Assembly: GCF_018977255.1 (NCBI RefSeq)
Contig: NW_024704744.1
Span: 87,854,001 to 87,918,000 of the forward strand
Length of the DNA stretch: 64,000 nt
DNA from: Callorhinchus milii
Taxonomy: Eukaryota
Direction: 5' to 3'
In this document: in pieces, positions 51,061-63,269 of the stretch
How the letters are laid out: each line of letters begins with the position of its first letter
Position numbering within the stretch: position 1 is the stretch's first letter
Notes under the pieces: model-generated
Databases searched by the model: none
Told to the model about the DNA's origin: nothing
Seen by the model: only the letters and a program-made list of their open reading frames with translations
Made by a program: the position numbers and the translations under genes

Positions 51061-51370
51061 GAGTCCTGTAGCTCAGTGGTTAGAGCACTCGCCTTGTATG
51101 CGAGACTCCTGGGTTCAGTTCCAGGCAGGGTGAAACCTTGGGCAAGTTTCCTTACTCCACACGCCTAATAATCCCTCCAAAACGAAACAATAATAAATTG
51201 GTCATTTTCAATCCACGACTGTTTGTGGGACGCTGCTGTGCGCAATTGGCTGCCACGTTTCGCCCACAAATATACAGTCAATTCACTTTACAGCATATTC
51301 TGTGAAGCCCTTTGAGGCGTCTAGAAGACGTGAAAAGCACTATATCAAATGCAAGCATTATTATTATTAT
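51061..51370 (+). mobile_element. SINE family A, full length
   Basis: A box TAGCTCAGTGG (51069-51079), B-box-like GGTTCAGTTCC, CORE-like segment, Deu-like 3' part, stem-loop tail and (TTA)n. Confidence 0.95.
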
Positions 51371-51394
51371 TTTCAGGCTTTAATAATGCCATAA

Positions 51395-51902
51395 AAATAA
51401 TCTTTGCATTTGATGTTGGGCCTATAATGTTGAAATGTTTCACAAAGTGCTTCACAGGCAATTATCAAGTAACGTAACTGTGTTTGAGGCAAACACAGCA
51501 GGCAATATGTGCACAGCATTAACCAGCCATGAAGTGAATTACCATATTTATCTGCAGGATTGTCTGCCAGGACACCAGGGAACAGAACTTTTAGTCAATT
51601 TCCTCTCACCCTCTGCAACGTTTCTGAAATCCCTCTGCCTTGCCCTCTCTCTCACTCCCCCTGCTTTCAAAACCTGTCTAAAGACCTATCCGTTCACTTG
51701 GTCCTTCAGCCAAATGTTGTTGTTTAATAGTATCATGGGATCCACCTAAACAGGAGGACGGTATCTCAATATTTGAAGCACGGCATCTTTGACATCACTC
51801 CTCCAGTACTGCACTGAAGTGTCATTTTAGAAATCCCAGCATGGAGCTTGAACTGACAAATGTGTGATCCAGAAGCAGGAGCGCTACCTGTTGAGTCAGA
51901 CT
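51395..51902 (-). mobile_element. Old DeuSINE interrupted by an L2 fragment
   Basis: SINE tail at ~51395-51530 and Deu/head at ~51730-51902; plus-strand L2 ORF2 end (PAFKTCLKTYPF) at ~51600-51715. Confidence 0.6.
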
Positions 51903-52044
51903 AACTCAGTTTACTGCAGTATCCCATATTTAATATGCAGTGAAACCAGCTGTTACACCTCGTTGGATGCCAACCATCATGTTAAAACAGAGCTCCACAG
52001 TCTTTCATGAATACGTCTTGATCCACAAAAGTCAAACAACATTA

Positions 52045-52160
52045 AACCTATTTCATATAGGACCTACCCAGCTGATTGAGAGAGGAGATTTTCATCCAAT
52101 CAGTTAAGGTTGTATTTAAACCCAGGTCCCGGAGGTCAAAGGCCAGTATGCTAACTAGTC
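52045..52160 (-). mobile_element. LF-SINE-like 5' fragment
   Basis: Minus strand GCCTTTGACCTCCGGGACCTGGGTTTAAAT...CCTATATGAAAT resembles remembered LF-SINE GCCTTTCACCTCT..GGGTTCGAATCC...CCTATGTGAAAT. Confidence 0.55.
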
Positions 52161-53124
52161 CTGCAAATTGATGTGTTTTGATGAAATGTAGGCGGGGGTG
52201 GGTGAGGTTGCAGTTTTGTTCATGAAGCAAGTGCCTCTTAGATCAATAAGATAAAGACTAAATGAAAGAAAGAGAATAAATGCAAGGAGTTGTTAGGGAA
52301 AGGTAAAGAAATGTCTTGCTCTAAACATTTGTATTTGTTTTTGTGGAAAATAAATTCTACAGAAGTGGCATCGAAGTTTCGCTGATAAAATGGGCCCGCT
52401 GTCAGAAATCGATTTACAATCGATGTAATTTTGTGGAAAGTTTAATTGTGTAAAATTAAATTGACTGTGAATATTTCCTGTTATTGGGTATTATTGCTTT
52501 GGCATAGATGCAAAGACAATTCAATACTGTACAATACTGTGGGAAAATTGGCTTTATCAGGAACAAAATTCTCTTACGATAATGAATGAGGGTATCTGTT
52601 CAAACTATAAGATAACATTGGGAGTGCCACTAAACAAGCACATTCTATCCAGGTTCCCAGGCCCATTAATTTGATATTTTGTACAGTGTGATTCTTGACA
52701 TGTTTACTGTTTGAAGACCAAATGTACAACTTTCCAAATCTTTTATCAGAGTTTATAGTTTACTCATCCCTCTCTCTCCATCCAATGAAATATTTAGCCT
52801 TATCTTTAAGAAAATAAATTCTAATGGTCACATTCATAATGTTGCTATGTCTCGAGACAAAACGTAAATTATGAAACTTTGCCTAATGTGTAATTTAACT
52901 GCTGTTTATTAAATTGGAACATTGTAAGTAAAATCCTAAATGTAACCTTTTGATTCCACCGTCATTAATACATGCCACTTTCCTGACACAAAAGTGAAAT
53001 AATAACTAATTTTTCACAAATGCGCAAGGTACTTTTTCTAATTCCCGCAAACAGCGATAAAAAGATTTTTTTTTAAAAAATGGTTTGTGCATCGAGTTTT
53101 AACCACTGCTTCCTTCATTGGTTT

Positions 53125-53289
53125 ATCCACGACTGTTTGTGGGACATTGCTATGCGCAATTGGCTGCTGCATTTCGCCCACAAAATACACAGTCAATTAA
53201 TTCACTTTACAGTATATTCTGTGTAGCACTTTGCGATGTCTCAAAGACGTGATAAGGCATATCAATGCAAGGATTATTATTATTATTAT
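53125..53289 (+). mobile_element. SINE A 3' part
   Basis: Matches ~51210-51370. Confidence 0.9.
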
Positions 53290-53424
53290 GGCAGAAAATA
53301 ATGACAATTCTAAATTGGCTCGGGTTCAATTTTACACAGGCTCAAATCTGTGTTTTAATTTATTTAATTTTCCATCTAGTTCTTCCTTGCTGGGGTTTAT
53401 TTCTACAACCTTCTGAACCCACAG

Positions 53425-53607
53425 TCAATTGGCCATTCTGCACACTTGAGCCTGAGCAGTGATTGTCAATGAGCAATTCAAGAGTTTGGACGTTACGAGG
53501 CGCAGTGGGGACATTATGGCCGACTGTAATGTTCTCTCCGCTACACTGGTTGAGATCAATTAACTCAACACAGATTAGGGATTGAACCTGAAGCCTTCCT
53601 GGTTACC
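53425..53607 (-). mobile_element. Family D ancient SINE (AmnSINE2-like)
   Basis: Minus strand ACCAGGAAGG..CAGGTTCAATCCCT..TCTGTGTTGAGTTAATTGATCTCA includes a B box; related to 3150-3385. Confidence 0.6.
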
Positions 53608-54289
53608 AGAGAGCACTCGGGAGAGCTACACCAGAGTAGTAATTTCACGGTAGCCTTGGGACGGGAATCAATTCTGTGTTGTCTGCCGGTGGATCGGTTT
53701 TCGTTTAGCAGATGAGCAGAATTTAATCATATCTGTTCTTATTCTACACCAATTATAGAATATTTCAAACATCTATCTGTTTTACCTATTAATTTATTTT
53801 GTCAAGGTTCTTAGCTCACCTCATTCTTATATTCAATTTTTTCCAATTAATTATTTTCCCTAATTATTAATTATTTTATCAGGGGGTTTGAGAACATGAC
53901 ATTTTCTAATAATTGGGATGGGTTTACTTTCCATTCTCTTGTGCCCGCAAGAGAGCATTGGTATTGCTCATTTTGGTATTATTTCCAAGAAGAGAGTCTG
54001 GGCCTTTCAGCTGCTTCCCTTTTCAGGAGTAATTTTTTCAAGCTTGCACAGCAATGGTTGGAGCTTGCAAGTTAAATTCTATTTGCATGGGTTTAGATTC
54101 AGTGTTTGTGTAGATCAGATTGACATCTTGCTGTCGCGTTCATGTAAAATATGTGTTTTAATGTCATGTTACTAGGCCAGCATTTTAGTATGTCCTAATT
54201 AAATATTTGCCAAAGCCACAGTATCACATATAGCTATCGTGTGCTTTGCATTCATAGCAGTGCCACTGGTTCATAGTGGGTCTTGGGAC

Positions 54290-54351
54290 ACCTTGGGAAG
54301 TCCTCCCGATGTGAAAAGCGCTTTACAAATGTCAATTTGTTGTTGTTGTTG
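54290..54351 (+). mobile_element. L2 3' tail
   Basis: CCTTGGGAAGTCCTCCCGATGTGAAAAGCGCT...(TTG)n; an inverted copy lies at 54926-54987. Confidence 0.8.
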
Positions 54352-54755
54352 TCATCCTTGAAGAGTGCTTGGTTGGTAAGAGTGGGGTAAAAAGAAGATG
54401 CACTAGGTTTGTAGAATTTGACTTGCTTAATTAAACTTTTTTATCATCTTAAAACATCATAAGTTCTCTGAGACATTGCTCTGTGTGAAGGGTGCTGTTG
54501 TTCTATTTTATGAAGGGCCTGTGTCCCAGCTCCCACTGGATGAAGCAAAACTAAGCAGTACAGCCATATGAACCTTGATTAACTACAGAGAAACTTATTT
54601 TAGCAAGTGATGGTATTGTGGATGGGAAGAAAAGTGTATGTTGTCACTCATTTTGTGCCAAGTTTCAGATTCCAACTTCCATGGCGAGGTGCAGTGAATT
54701 GGCAAGTCTAAAACCCTCTGCATTGCCCAGTCTGAGATAATGCTCCTGGCTACCT

Positions 54756-54865
54756 ATAATAATAACATAATAATCCTTGCATTTGATTTAATGTCTCATT
54801 TCAAGACATCTCAAAACGCTTCACAGAATATACTGTAAAGTAATTGACTGTATTTTTGGGGCAAA
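54756..54865 (-). mobile_element. SINE 3' fragment
   Basis: Reverse complement of the SINE tail. Confidence 0.85.
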
Positions 54866-55129
54866 AATGATAGTAGACTGCAAATTCCTTACATTGCATT
54901 TTACAAACTTTGATGTTCCTGGTAATACAACACAATACAAAAATACATTTGTATAGCGCCTTTAACATCGGGAGGACTTCCCAGGACATTTATCAACCTG
55001 GTTATCACAACAAATACTGTAATACTAATAACATGCTAATTTCAGCACAGGAGGAGGACATTCAGCACATGGAGTCTCTGCCACAATGGCTCCCCACTGG
55101 TGCTGTCCAATCTGATCTTATTTGTCTGC

Positions 55130-56470
55130 TCCTTTGCCACAGTTTTTGATATCTTCAATTTTCATGTGTTTATCTAATTCTGTTTGAAGCATCTTAATTG
55201 ACTCAGCAGTAATACCCCATGCAGAAACGCCTTTTACACCCTGAGTTTTTGTATTGTTTTAACCTGGCATCAACCTAGCAAATCCTGTCCTTGCATCCAT
55301 CTCTGATATCTTCTATAATGTGTTGCTCATAACAGCACACGATACTCTAGCAGTGGCCTAACCAATGTTCTGTTCAGATTACATATCACCTTTTTTTTAT
55401 TCAGTGTCCCTTATATAAAATGTGTTTGCATTCTTATAACTTGTGTTCAACTAATCTGCAATATTTATTCCTACATTCCTGTGGAACTTCATTCCTTTTG
55501 GTATTTAGGGGGTACTTCCATTTCATGTTACTTTTCTAAAACATGCAGTATTGTACAGGGTGACCAAAGAGTTGTGATACAGTTTATTTTAATAATAATT
55601 ACTTTATTTCTTCAAAAACAGTGCATAAAAAAATGAAAAATACAGACTTTGCTGTTACCTTCTTATTAACTAAACTACTGTTTAAAAATAATAATGGAAA
55701 GATGACTTCCCTGTACGTCTACACATTCACAACAACGGTTAATTACATTTTCCATTAGTTTCTTGAGTGTTTCGGCTGGAATCCTGTACAAACTCTCTGA
55801 TACTGTCCTTCAGAGCCATTGTTGATTGTGGACGATTTTGATAAACTAGAGACTTAAAATAACTCCACCAAAAGTAATCGGGGGCAGTAAGAGCTGGCGA
55901 TCTCGAGGGATAACACCAAACCTGGAAATGACGTGATTAGAGAAAGTTTCACACAAAATTTGCCTTAGCAGTACAACATACTGCCCCATCTTGTTGGAAG
56001 AAAGTTTGCGATGTTCAAGGCGGTCCACTTCTTTGTACATCTTCAACACTTCCTGTACCACGTAATGCAGAAACATAGCGCAATGTGGACATCTTTGATG
56101 GACTATCACGTAATCCATTTTTTTCTGAAACTGCTGCAAAGACCAAATTTCCATTCCAAGAAGTACAGTTCCACAATTGCAGCGTGATATTCATCACTAC
56201 ATTTCTCCATGACTAGATCAATTTTCTTATTTTTCAGCTACCTTATTATTAAAAAAAATCAGTATTTCTTTAAGACTTATTAGACAATGTGATGGTATCA
56301 CTCTGTATTTATCTACATTGAACTTTTTTTTTCACATCTACAAACTGTAGAATTCTCCAGAATTCTTCTTCAAAATTTGCACTGAACTCTAATTTTTAAT
56401 CTGCAAATTTTTATATAATTCTCTTAATGCCTGTGTCAAAATAATTTATGTCTTTTTCTGGGACCTTGCT
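55130..56470 (-). mobile_element. Decayed CR1 (about 55130-55555 and 56290-56470) split by a transposon
   Basis: Minus strand at ~55340-55370 encodes TLVRPLLEY (CR1 LVRPHLEYC); CR1-like TATTTATCTACATTGAAC resumes after the transposon. Confidence 0.6.
55556..56215 (-). mobile_element. Tc1/mariner DNA transposon fossil (DD41D/rosa-like transposase C-terminus)
   Basis: Minus-strand frames give FFQQDGA, HVISRFGVI, PSRSPALTAPDYFWWSYFKSLVY and RIPAETLKKLMENVINRCCECVDVQGSHL; end sequence TA|CAGGGTG at 55554-55562. Confidence 0.85.
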
Positions 56471-56530
56471 AGAATAAATGATGGCCACCAATATCAGTCA
56501 CATCTACAAATATCAGTCTTTTTTTATTTG

Positions 56531-56738
56531 ATCTGACACATGCAGAAACCCATCACCGTGCTTAAGAGTATCCAAGCTAAACTGAGAGTTTCATTCATGC
56601 ATGGAAGTTTCATGTTTGGAATGGAATGCTCACCCTCTCCCTGGAGGGACGGATTCTGCTTACCTTATTCCAGAGAGTATTAGCCAAGGCTCGGGAACGC
56701 TAAAGTGTGTGTTGGGGTACTTCTGGAGTCTAACCAGC
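56531..56738 (+). repeat. Family C repeat, copy 4
   Basis: ATCACCGTGCTTAAGAGTATCCAAGC is identical to 26879-26904. Confidence 0.85.
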
Positions 56739-57158
56739 AATCAGTTAGTATATTTGAAAGGCTGAAATTATTTGTAAAGCTTCTTGAAGATTTGTTGCTG
56801 CAAAATTACGATTTATTTCTTCAAATAGTTGATCACAAAATGCTACTTGCCCATTTGCAATTAATGTATAAGTTTGTAAAGCTCTGTCTGAGCAACTTGC
56901 TGCTCCCCTGACTCATTTATCTCAACAGCAAAATGGGTTCAAAGATGGATCAAATAATTGGAGATCAATATCCTTATTGCCAGTCTGTCAAAGTACGTAG
57001 TTAAAAAGTTGGTATAACATCTCAATCACAGCAAACGTTTGTGTTACCAGTTTAGCTTCAGAGCAAATCATTCAATTAGAAATGCTTATATTGTCATGGT
57101 CCAGAAATAGTTGTTCTCTCGATTCCCATCAGAAAGTTATAGAAGTGACCCCCAACTT

Positions 57159-57206
57159 TTCTATAGTGTACAATATCTAGCCTTCTATAGTGTACAATAT
57201 CTAGCC
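57159..57206. repeat. Perfect 24-bp tandem duplication
   Basis: TTCTATAGTGTACAATATCTAGCC x2. Confidence 0.95.
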
Positions 57207-57808
57207 TCATTGAGACACAGGTCTTTCGTGGCTTATCCAGTGAGCAGCAGAAGCAGATACATGACTTCTGAGAAGACACACATATCATCAGCTCATGATG
57301 AATGGACGTTATTTATCTTATCACAACACCGACAAAGGAATCCCACAGGAAAGTGTTTTTCATCATCTTTAGCGACGTAGTAGATGTCATCAGAAGTGAT
57401 GATGATGATGCCTTTTCTGATGACTCTGCACACTAGTTAGCCCATCACCAGAATTTTAGCGGCGACTGAGTCCCTGCAAGTCAAATGATGTACGGTATTT
57501 GACCGTGTTAAATAAATAGTAAGCCCTGTTACCTTCATTCTGACTGGACCGAGTAAATAATTATCGAGAAGGATTGGCCATGATGTTGCTGCCCTTGAAT
57601 TGCAGGCAATCAGGATCTTTGACTTAGTAATTTCACTTGATTTTCATTGGAATAAGAATGAATTGCAAAACGTCTTAGAAGAATGAGAATCCTACATGAT
57701 CTCCTTCAGCAACTTCAGTGCTCATAAAGGGTTTTCTCAGCAGAGAAAACTGCCTTTTGCTCCTGGATTATTTGAAAAGTCATGAAGACCAGGATACTGA
57801 TAATCCTA

Positions 57809-58154
57809 TAATAAGCTTTGCATTCATATAGCGCCTTATCACGTCTTTGAGACATCTCAAAGAGCTTCACAGAATATACTGCAAAGTGTATTTATTGACT
57901 GTGTATTTTGTAGGTGAAACCCAGCAGCCAATTGCACACAGCAGCGTCCCACAGACAGTCGTGGATTGAGCGACCAATTTTTTTTTACATTTGTTTTTGG
58001 TTTGAAGGGATTTTTACTCCCGAAAAAGCGATCCACCAATCGACTAGCAACCGGGTTCTTACTTACTGCTAGGTAAACAGAGGTGTGTGGAGTAAGGAAA
58101 CTTGCCCAATGTTTTGCTCTGCCTGGGAATTGAACCCAGGTCCTCTCTACTTGT
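57809..58154 (-). mobile_element. SINE family A, long variant (extra ~64 bp)
   Basis: Collinear with 9702-9980 except for an additional segment at 58017-58080. Confidence 0.9.
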
Positions 58155-60539
58155 GGATGGACCCCTTGATGCCAAAGTCTTCCCTTTATGACATTGGATA
58201 GAAATGGTCAAACTGTCTGTCCTCTGTAAGATTCTAACAACTGCGATAACACATTTATGCCAGAAGAAAAAGTGCTGCTGATTGTACACCTCGAAATTCT
58301 CTTGTCAATCCAAAAATGATGTTAATAGCTTAGAGTCAATTAGCAATTATCGCTATCCTTTTCCATAGAATTTCAAATATAGACCTGACCATAATTGGTT
58401 TGATGTTATGCTTAATCTGGATGGCTGTATGTACTGGTGAGGAATTGGTGACTTCTCTGTTAGTACACTGGGATAATATTTCCAGGTCTGCCTTTGTTCC
58501 CAGCAACTACCCAGGGTCAAAATCAGGATGCATCTGTCCTTGTTACAGATTTCTTTGTCCACGTACCGATAGCACAGGCAGTACCTTCAAAAAACAGCGT
58601 AGACAAAATATTAATGTATCATTTCTTCAAAAATAAAGAGTAAACCTGCCCAGATATTACATTACACTCTCTTAGTTTCTAAAACAAAAAAAAGTCATTT
58701 TGTCATGACTTGAGTTCCAGGAATCTATTTAGCATGCATTTCTTTGTGATGTTGAACAACCACCCATGGCAGTGGAAATTTTCAAGCTGAATGCTTGTTT
58801 GCATTCAAATCAAACCCATAAAACAGTTAGTGAGGACTCTTTAACGTCCCATAAAATGTACCATTAAATAACAGAATATAACAGTGTAGCCTATGGCTAT
58901 GTTATCGTAGTGATTGTTAAATGGCCAAAATGCACGTACTGAACCATCATGTGATAGCACATGCTTACGGAGATGTGTCATTAAAACCTATCCGTTTTCT
59001 CCCACAGCCTTTGGTTCTGCCCTGGGGCCAGGAAGGATCATAGCCAGGTACGAAATACTGCAGCCAAAAACCGTTTGCTCCGTGCTCCTGCATATTCCGG
59101 GTGCTGGTTTTGGATATTTTGTTTTAAAGCCAACTGCTGAGGCATTAACTGGCTCTCACAAAACCGCCTGGCTTTTTTTATTCACAGAATTAGCCATAAA
59201 AACAATCTGTAAACAGCTTTCAGCCGCCCCAACAGAATACATTAGATTTATTGACATATTGTTTTGGCATTCTGCTTAACATACTTGTAGATATATTGCA
59301 TTTTAAAACAATATTTGTATGCATGAGAGTGTAAGAACTTGTTGTCCAGTCTCCCTTGGTTTAATTAGACCCAGATGTAAAAGAAGCTGTTTGCTTTCTG
59401 TATTTCTTGAATATTTGAACTGTTTAGAAATAGATTGCTAAAAGGCAGAAATTTGACTTTACAAATTATTATGAAAACTTTCATTCACAACATGCGTTTG
59501 ATATGCTTGATACTTAATACTTTGTTTTTAAAATTTGTTCCAATAATGCTTTCAGAATAATCATTTTGAAGCTTGGAGCATATTTATATCAAATTGCCAC
59601 AAAGCAGAAGATTTTTAGTTCACTCTGAGATAGGTGGAAAAATTCAACCTTAAAAAGTGCAGAAACTCTACTTTAACTATTTGTGTTTCAAGCTGTGGAA
59701 TTTGAGTAGCTAAAGGGGAATCGTCACTAAAGTAATAAATATGAATATTATCTATTTAGATCAGAATGACAGCAAAAGCACCTACAACTGTATTCGCTCA
59801 TGGTAGCAATGCTAGAAAGTGTGCTGTATGTTTCAATTAGCAACTTATGAAATTCAATAAAATGGAATTTATTACTGCACGTTAGCACTTAAATCAAAGA
59901 TGTGCAAAAGTAATCAAAAGCAGAATGTAATTGACTTTAACAAAGTTGTGTGACTTTCTATAGCTCAGTTACCTGCGAGAAGTGCATGGTGACAGAACAC
60001 CCAGAAAGACCAGCTCGTTGCGATCACCTAGTGGGTAAGGTGGTTTCCTCATTCAGCCACTGAAATATGCCCAGTAATGAGCAGATACTATACGTTGCAT
60101 TTATTTATTTGTGCCCCATATTGGGAAGGTAGTACTAGACTTTTTGTGTATGAGCTTTGATGAACAAAACAATGTTAAATTCCTAACACATTGCGGAGCA
60201 ATGATTTGAAAATCTCCACATTTATTGAAATAAGGCAATCAGTGGTAATTCAAATGGAAGAAATTTCTCACTGTCCCTTGCGAGAGTCAACATTACTATT
60301 AGATGTAATACAATTCTTAAAGGCATTTTCAAATTACACATTGGAAATAAAGTTAAGTATTGAAAGGATTAACAGTACAGTGTACAGAACAGCTGAACAG
60401 AATCACTTCCTACACAAATTAGACTAGTATACATTTGAGAAGTTATGTATTATAGCTGTTTGTAATAACTCAAGATATGTATTTATACTCAGTTGTAATC
60501 AAAGGAATTTCAATGGACTTTATTGTATTTTTTTTCGAC

Positions 60540-60770
60540 AGTTAAATACATTTTCAGTTTTAGAAAGAGGGTTTTCTCCACAAGGTAGTAGAACATTGGA
60601 ACAGAATCAGAAAAGGCAGTGCATTCTAAGTTGATTCACAACTTCAGAAAGAATTGGAAAGTGTGTCTGTGGAATTGAGTGTGATTGTGATATTAAAAGG
60701 CTATATACACGAGACATGTAGGTCTGTGCTGCTGGCAACCATAGAAAGCATCTGGCCCAGATTAAAGATG
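60540..60770 (+). mobile_element. Decayed CR1 3' end
   Basis: TTTTCTCCACAAGGTAGTAGAACATTGGAACAG resembles CR1 'FFS.RVV.HWN.LP'. Confidence 0.55.
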
Positions 60771-60820
60771 GAGAATGGACATAGATATTTTGGAGCTCCA
60801 CTGGATTAATGGAGCCAGTG

Positions 60821-61558
60821 GTCAGCCGGATATCTGACGCATATAAAAATCCACCACAGTATTTAAGCATGCCCATACCTATCTGAGAGTTCCACATATG
60901 TATGTCACCTAGACGTGGAAATGTTCCTGTGTCTGGAATGGAATACTTTCTCCCTCGAGGGATGCATCCTTCTCAATAATAATAATAATAATAATCCTTG
61001 CATTTGATATAGTGCCTTATCATGTCTTTGAGACATCTCAAAGCACTTCACAGGATATACTGTAAAGTGAATTGACTATATATTTTTCTTTCTCCATTTC
61101 TGAGATTATTAGGTATAGGTTGGCAAGAATCAAGGCTTGAGAACCCCAGAGTGTGGGTTGGGATACTGCTAGAGTTTAATCAGATAAAACCGTAGTTTGC
61201 CATTGAGTGCACTCTGTTTGTCAAGCTTCCCGCTGCTTGTCCAGCAAGGACCATCCTACGTATTAGGGCTTTAGTGTGCAGGGCTAACAGGAGCTGAAGG
61301 GGAAGAATCCCTGCTCCCAGGGACCAGTCTGCGGCTTCAGTTCCTGCCAATGAGTCACGCTGGCTGATCTGACACCAATGCCTTGAAGTCCTGCAGACCC
61401 TCCTGGCTCAGAATAGCAGGACGGCCACAGTAGATTAACTCAATTCTGACATTCCGTTGCCAAAATTCCAACATTCTGTTGCCAAGTACGTCACCCGGGA
61501 ACCAGTTCAGCTCCAAGGAACCCCACTTACCTTCCCTTCCTCCCTCTGCCCCCACCCC
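60821..61558 (+). repeat. Family C repeat, copy 5 (interrupted by a SINE)
   Basis: Collinear with 26840-27450 on both sides of the SINE at 60975-61085. Confidence 0.85.
60975..61085 (-). mobile_element. SINE 3' fragment nested in family C
   Basis: (AAT)n followed by the reverse complement of the SINE tail. Confidence 0.9.
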
Positions 61559-62826
61559 CGAGGATTATCACTAGTTGCTAATTTAACACTAGATTACCAT
61601 GATCCCTTAAATGTCACACAAACCAAGAATTTTTAGAGAACTATTTCTGAGTTGAAGCAGAATTGAGTCACATTGCTTGGTGTTATATTGCAACAATGTG
61701 AATTGATTCCATGGTGAAATTACTTCCTCAAGATCTCCCAAAATGAATGGCTTTACGATTACCCTGATTTATAATGGACTTTCCATGTTCATTCCATGTC
61801 CTTATTTTCTGTGCCAAATCAAAAAAAAACACTGTGTAAACTGGGATTTAAATAAGAGACAGCTTGTAGGCAGACATTTTTATAAAATTGCTGCTTATGT
61901 GGTACGCTGATGTTCAATCTATTCACAACACCAACGAGAAAAGTAGTAGCTGAATTCATTCACCGTGGCCCGTTATGGGGAATTTGACACAAAATGCCTG
62001 TCTTACTCTAAATTAGCCATTATTGCACCTTGGGAGACCAAATTGACTTGCTCATCAATGTATTTTGCTTTCCTCTCTAATTATAGGTTCCAACAATGTT
62101 CCCACTTAGATCAGAAACTGACTGTGAGAAACAGGAGGAGGGAGATCATCGTGGGTCTATGCACTACAATAGATTAGTCAACTCACACACTCGGCCACCA
62201 TATCACCATTAGCAATCCCTACTAGAAATGTAGCTACATAGAAAAGATTTACATGTATTTATAGTGTGTAGTTTTTAATGCTTTACTGGGGTTTAATGGT
62301 TGACAAATAAGGTATAATTTCAGTGAAAAAGTGCAAAATGCTAGAATTCTAGACTGAGTTTCATTAACAAGAGGACGATTAAGCAAACCCGTATGTCTTT
62401 GCCAATACCCACTGGAAGACTGGCCAACAGATGTTAGGATCATAATGATTTAATATATTTGCATTTTGACCAGATGTGACCATTTGAGAAACATGCAAAA
62501 CCTGTGTGAAAGTTGAGAAAAGGCCTGTGATGAGCCAAAACCTCAGAATCAGTTTTTAAACTTGCAACGGTGGAAGAAAATTACTCTTCTCTCCTTACTG
62601 TGAGAAACGAACACATGCTTCTGTGACTTTTATTAGTTTAATTAGGTCTCATTATAGGAGCTCTTTTAACAAATGGTAGTAGCAGTATTTTGGAATTATT
62701 TCATGTATTTTATTATTTCGTAGTCATCACCTACTGTAATTGTAACTATCTTTTACACTGTTTTTGTAACAACGGTTCATTTCAGTAGCTCGCTTCATTT
62801 CACTGAATAACTAACAAGCAATTATG

Positions 62827-63269
62827 ATAATAATCCTTATATTTGATATAGGGCCTTTCACATTGGGGAAAGTGATCCTCCTGTGTATCGTTCCCATATC
62901 TTCATATATCCTTCACAGTTGTACTGTAAATGGAGTGACTGTATTTTATGGATAAATGCAGCAACCAATTTGTGCACACCAATGTCCCACAAGTAGCCGA
63001 ATGACCAATTTTATTTGGGGGATTGTTGGCCAGGACACTGGAAGAAGCAGCCTCTCTCTTTTCGATTAGTCCATTGGATCTTTTATGTCCTGAACAGGCA
63101 AATAAGACTTCAGTTTAATGTGTCACCTGAAGTACAACACCTGCAACAATACAGTATACCCCCAGCACAGCATTGGAATGTCAGCAAATGAGTTCCAAAT
63201 CCGAAGTAGGATTTGAACCCACAGACTTCTGACTCGTAGGCAGGCGTGCTACCAATTAATTCAGGCTGA
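62827..63269 (-). mobile_element. Full-length DeuSINE (family B)
   Basis: Reverse complement is collinear with 23331-23790, including B box GGGTTCAAATCC. Confidence 0.85.

Noticed and set aside
51061-51130. tRNA gene
   Set aside because: tRNA-derived SINE head; no acceptor-stem 3' arm, and it continues into the SINE body
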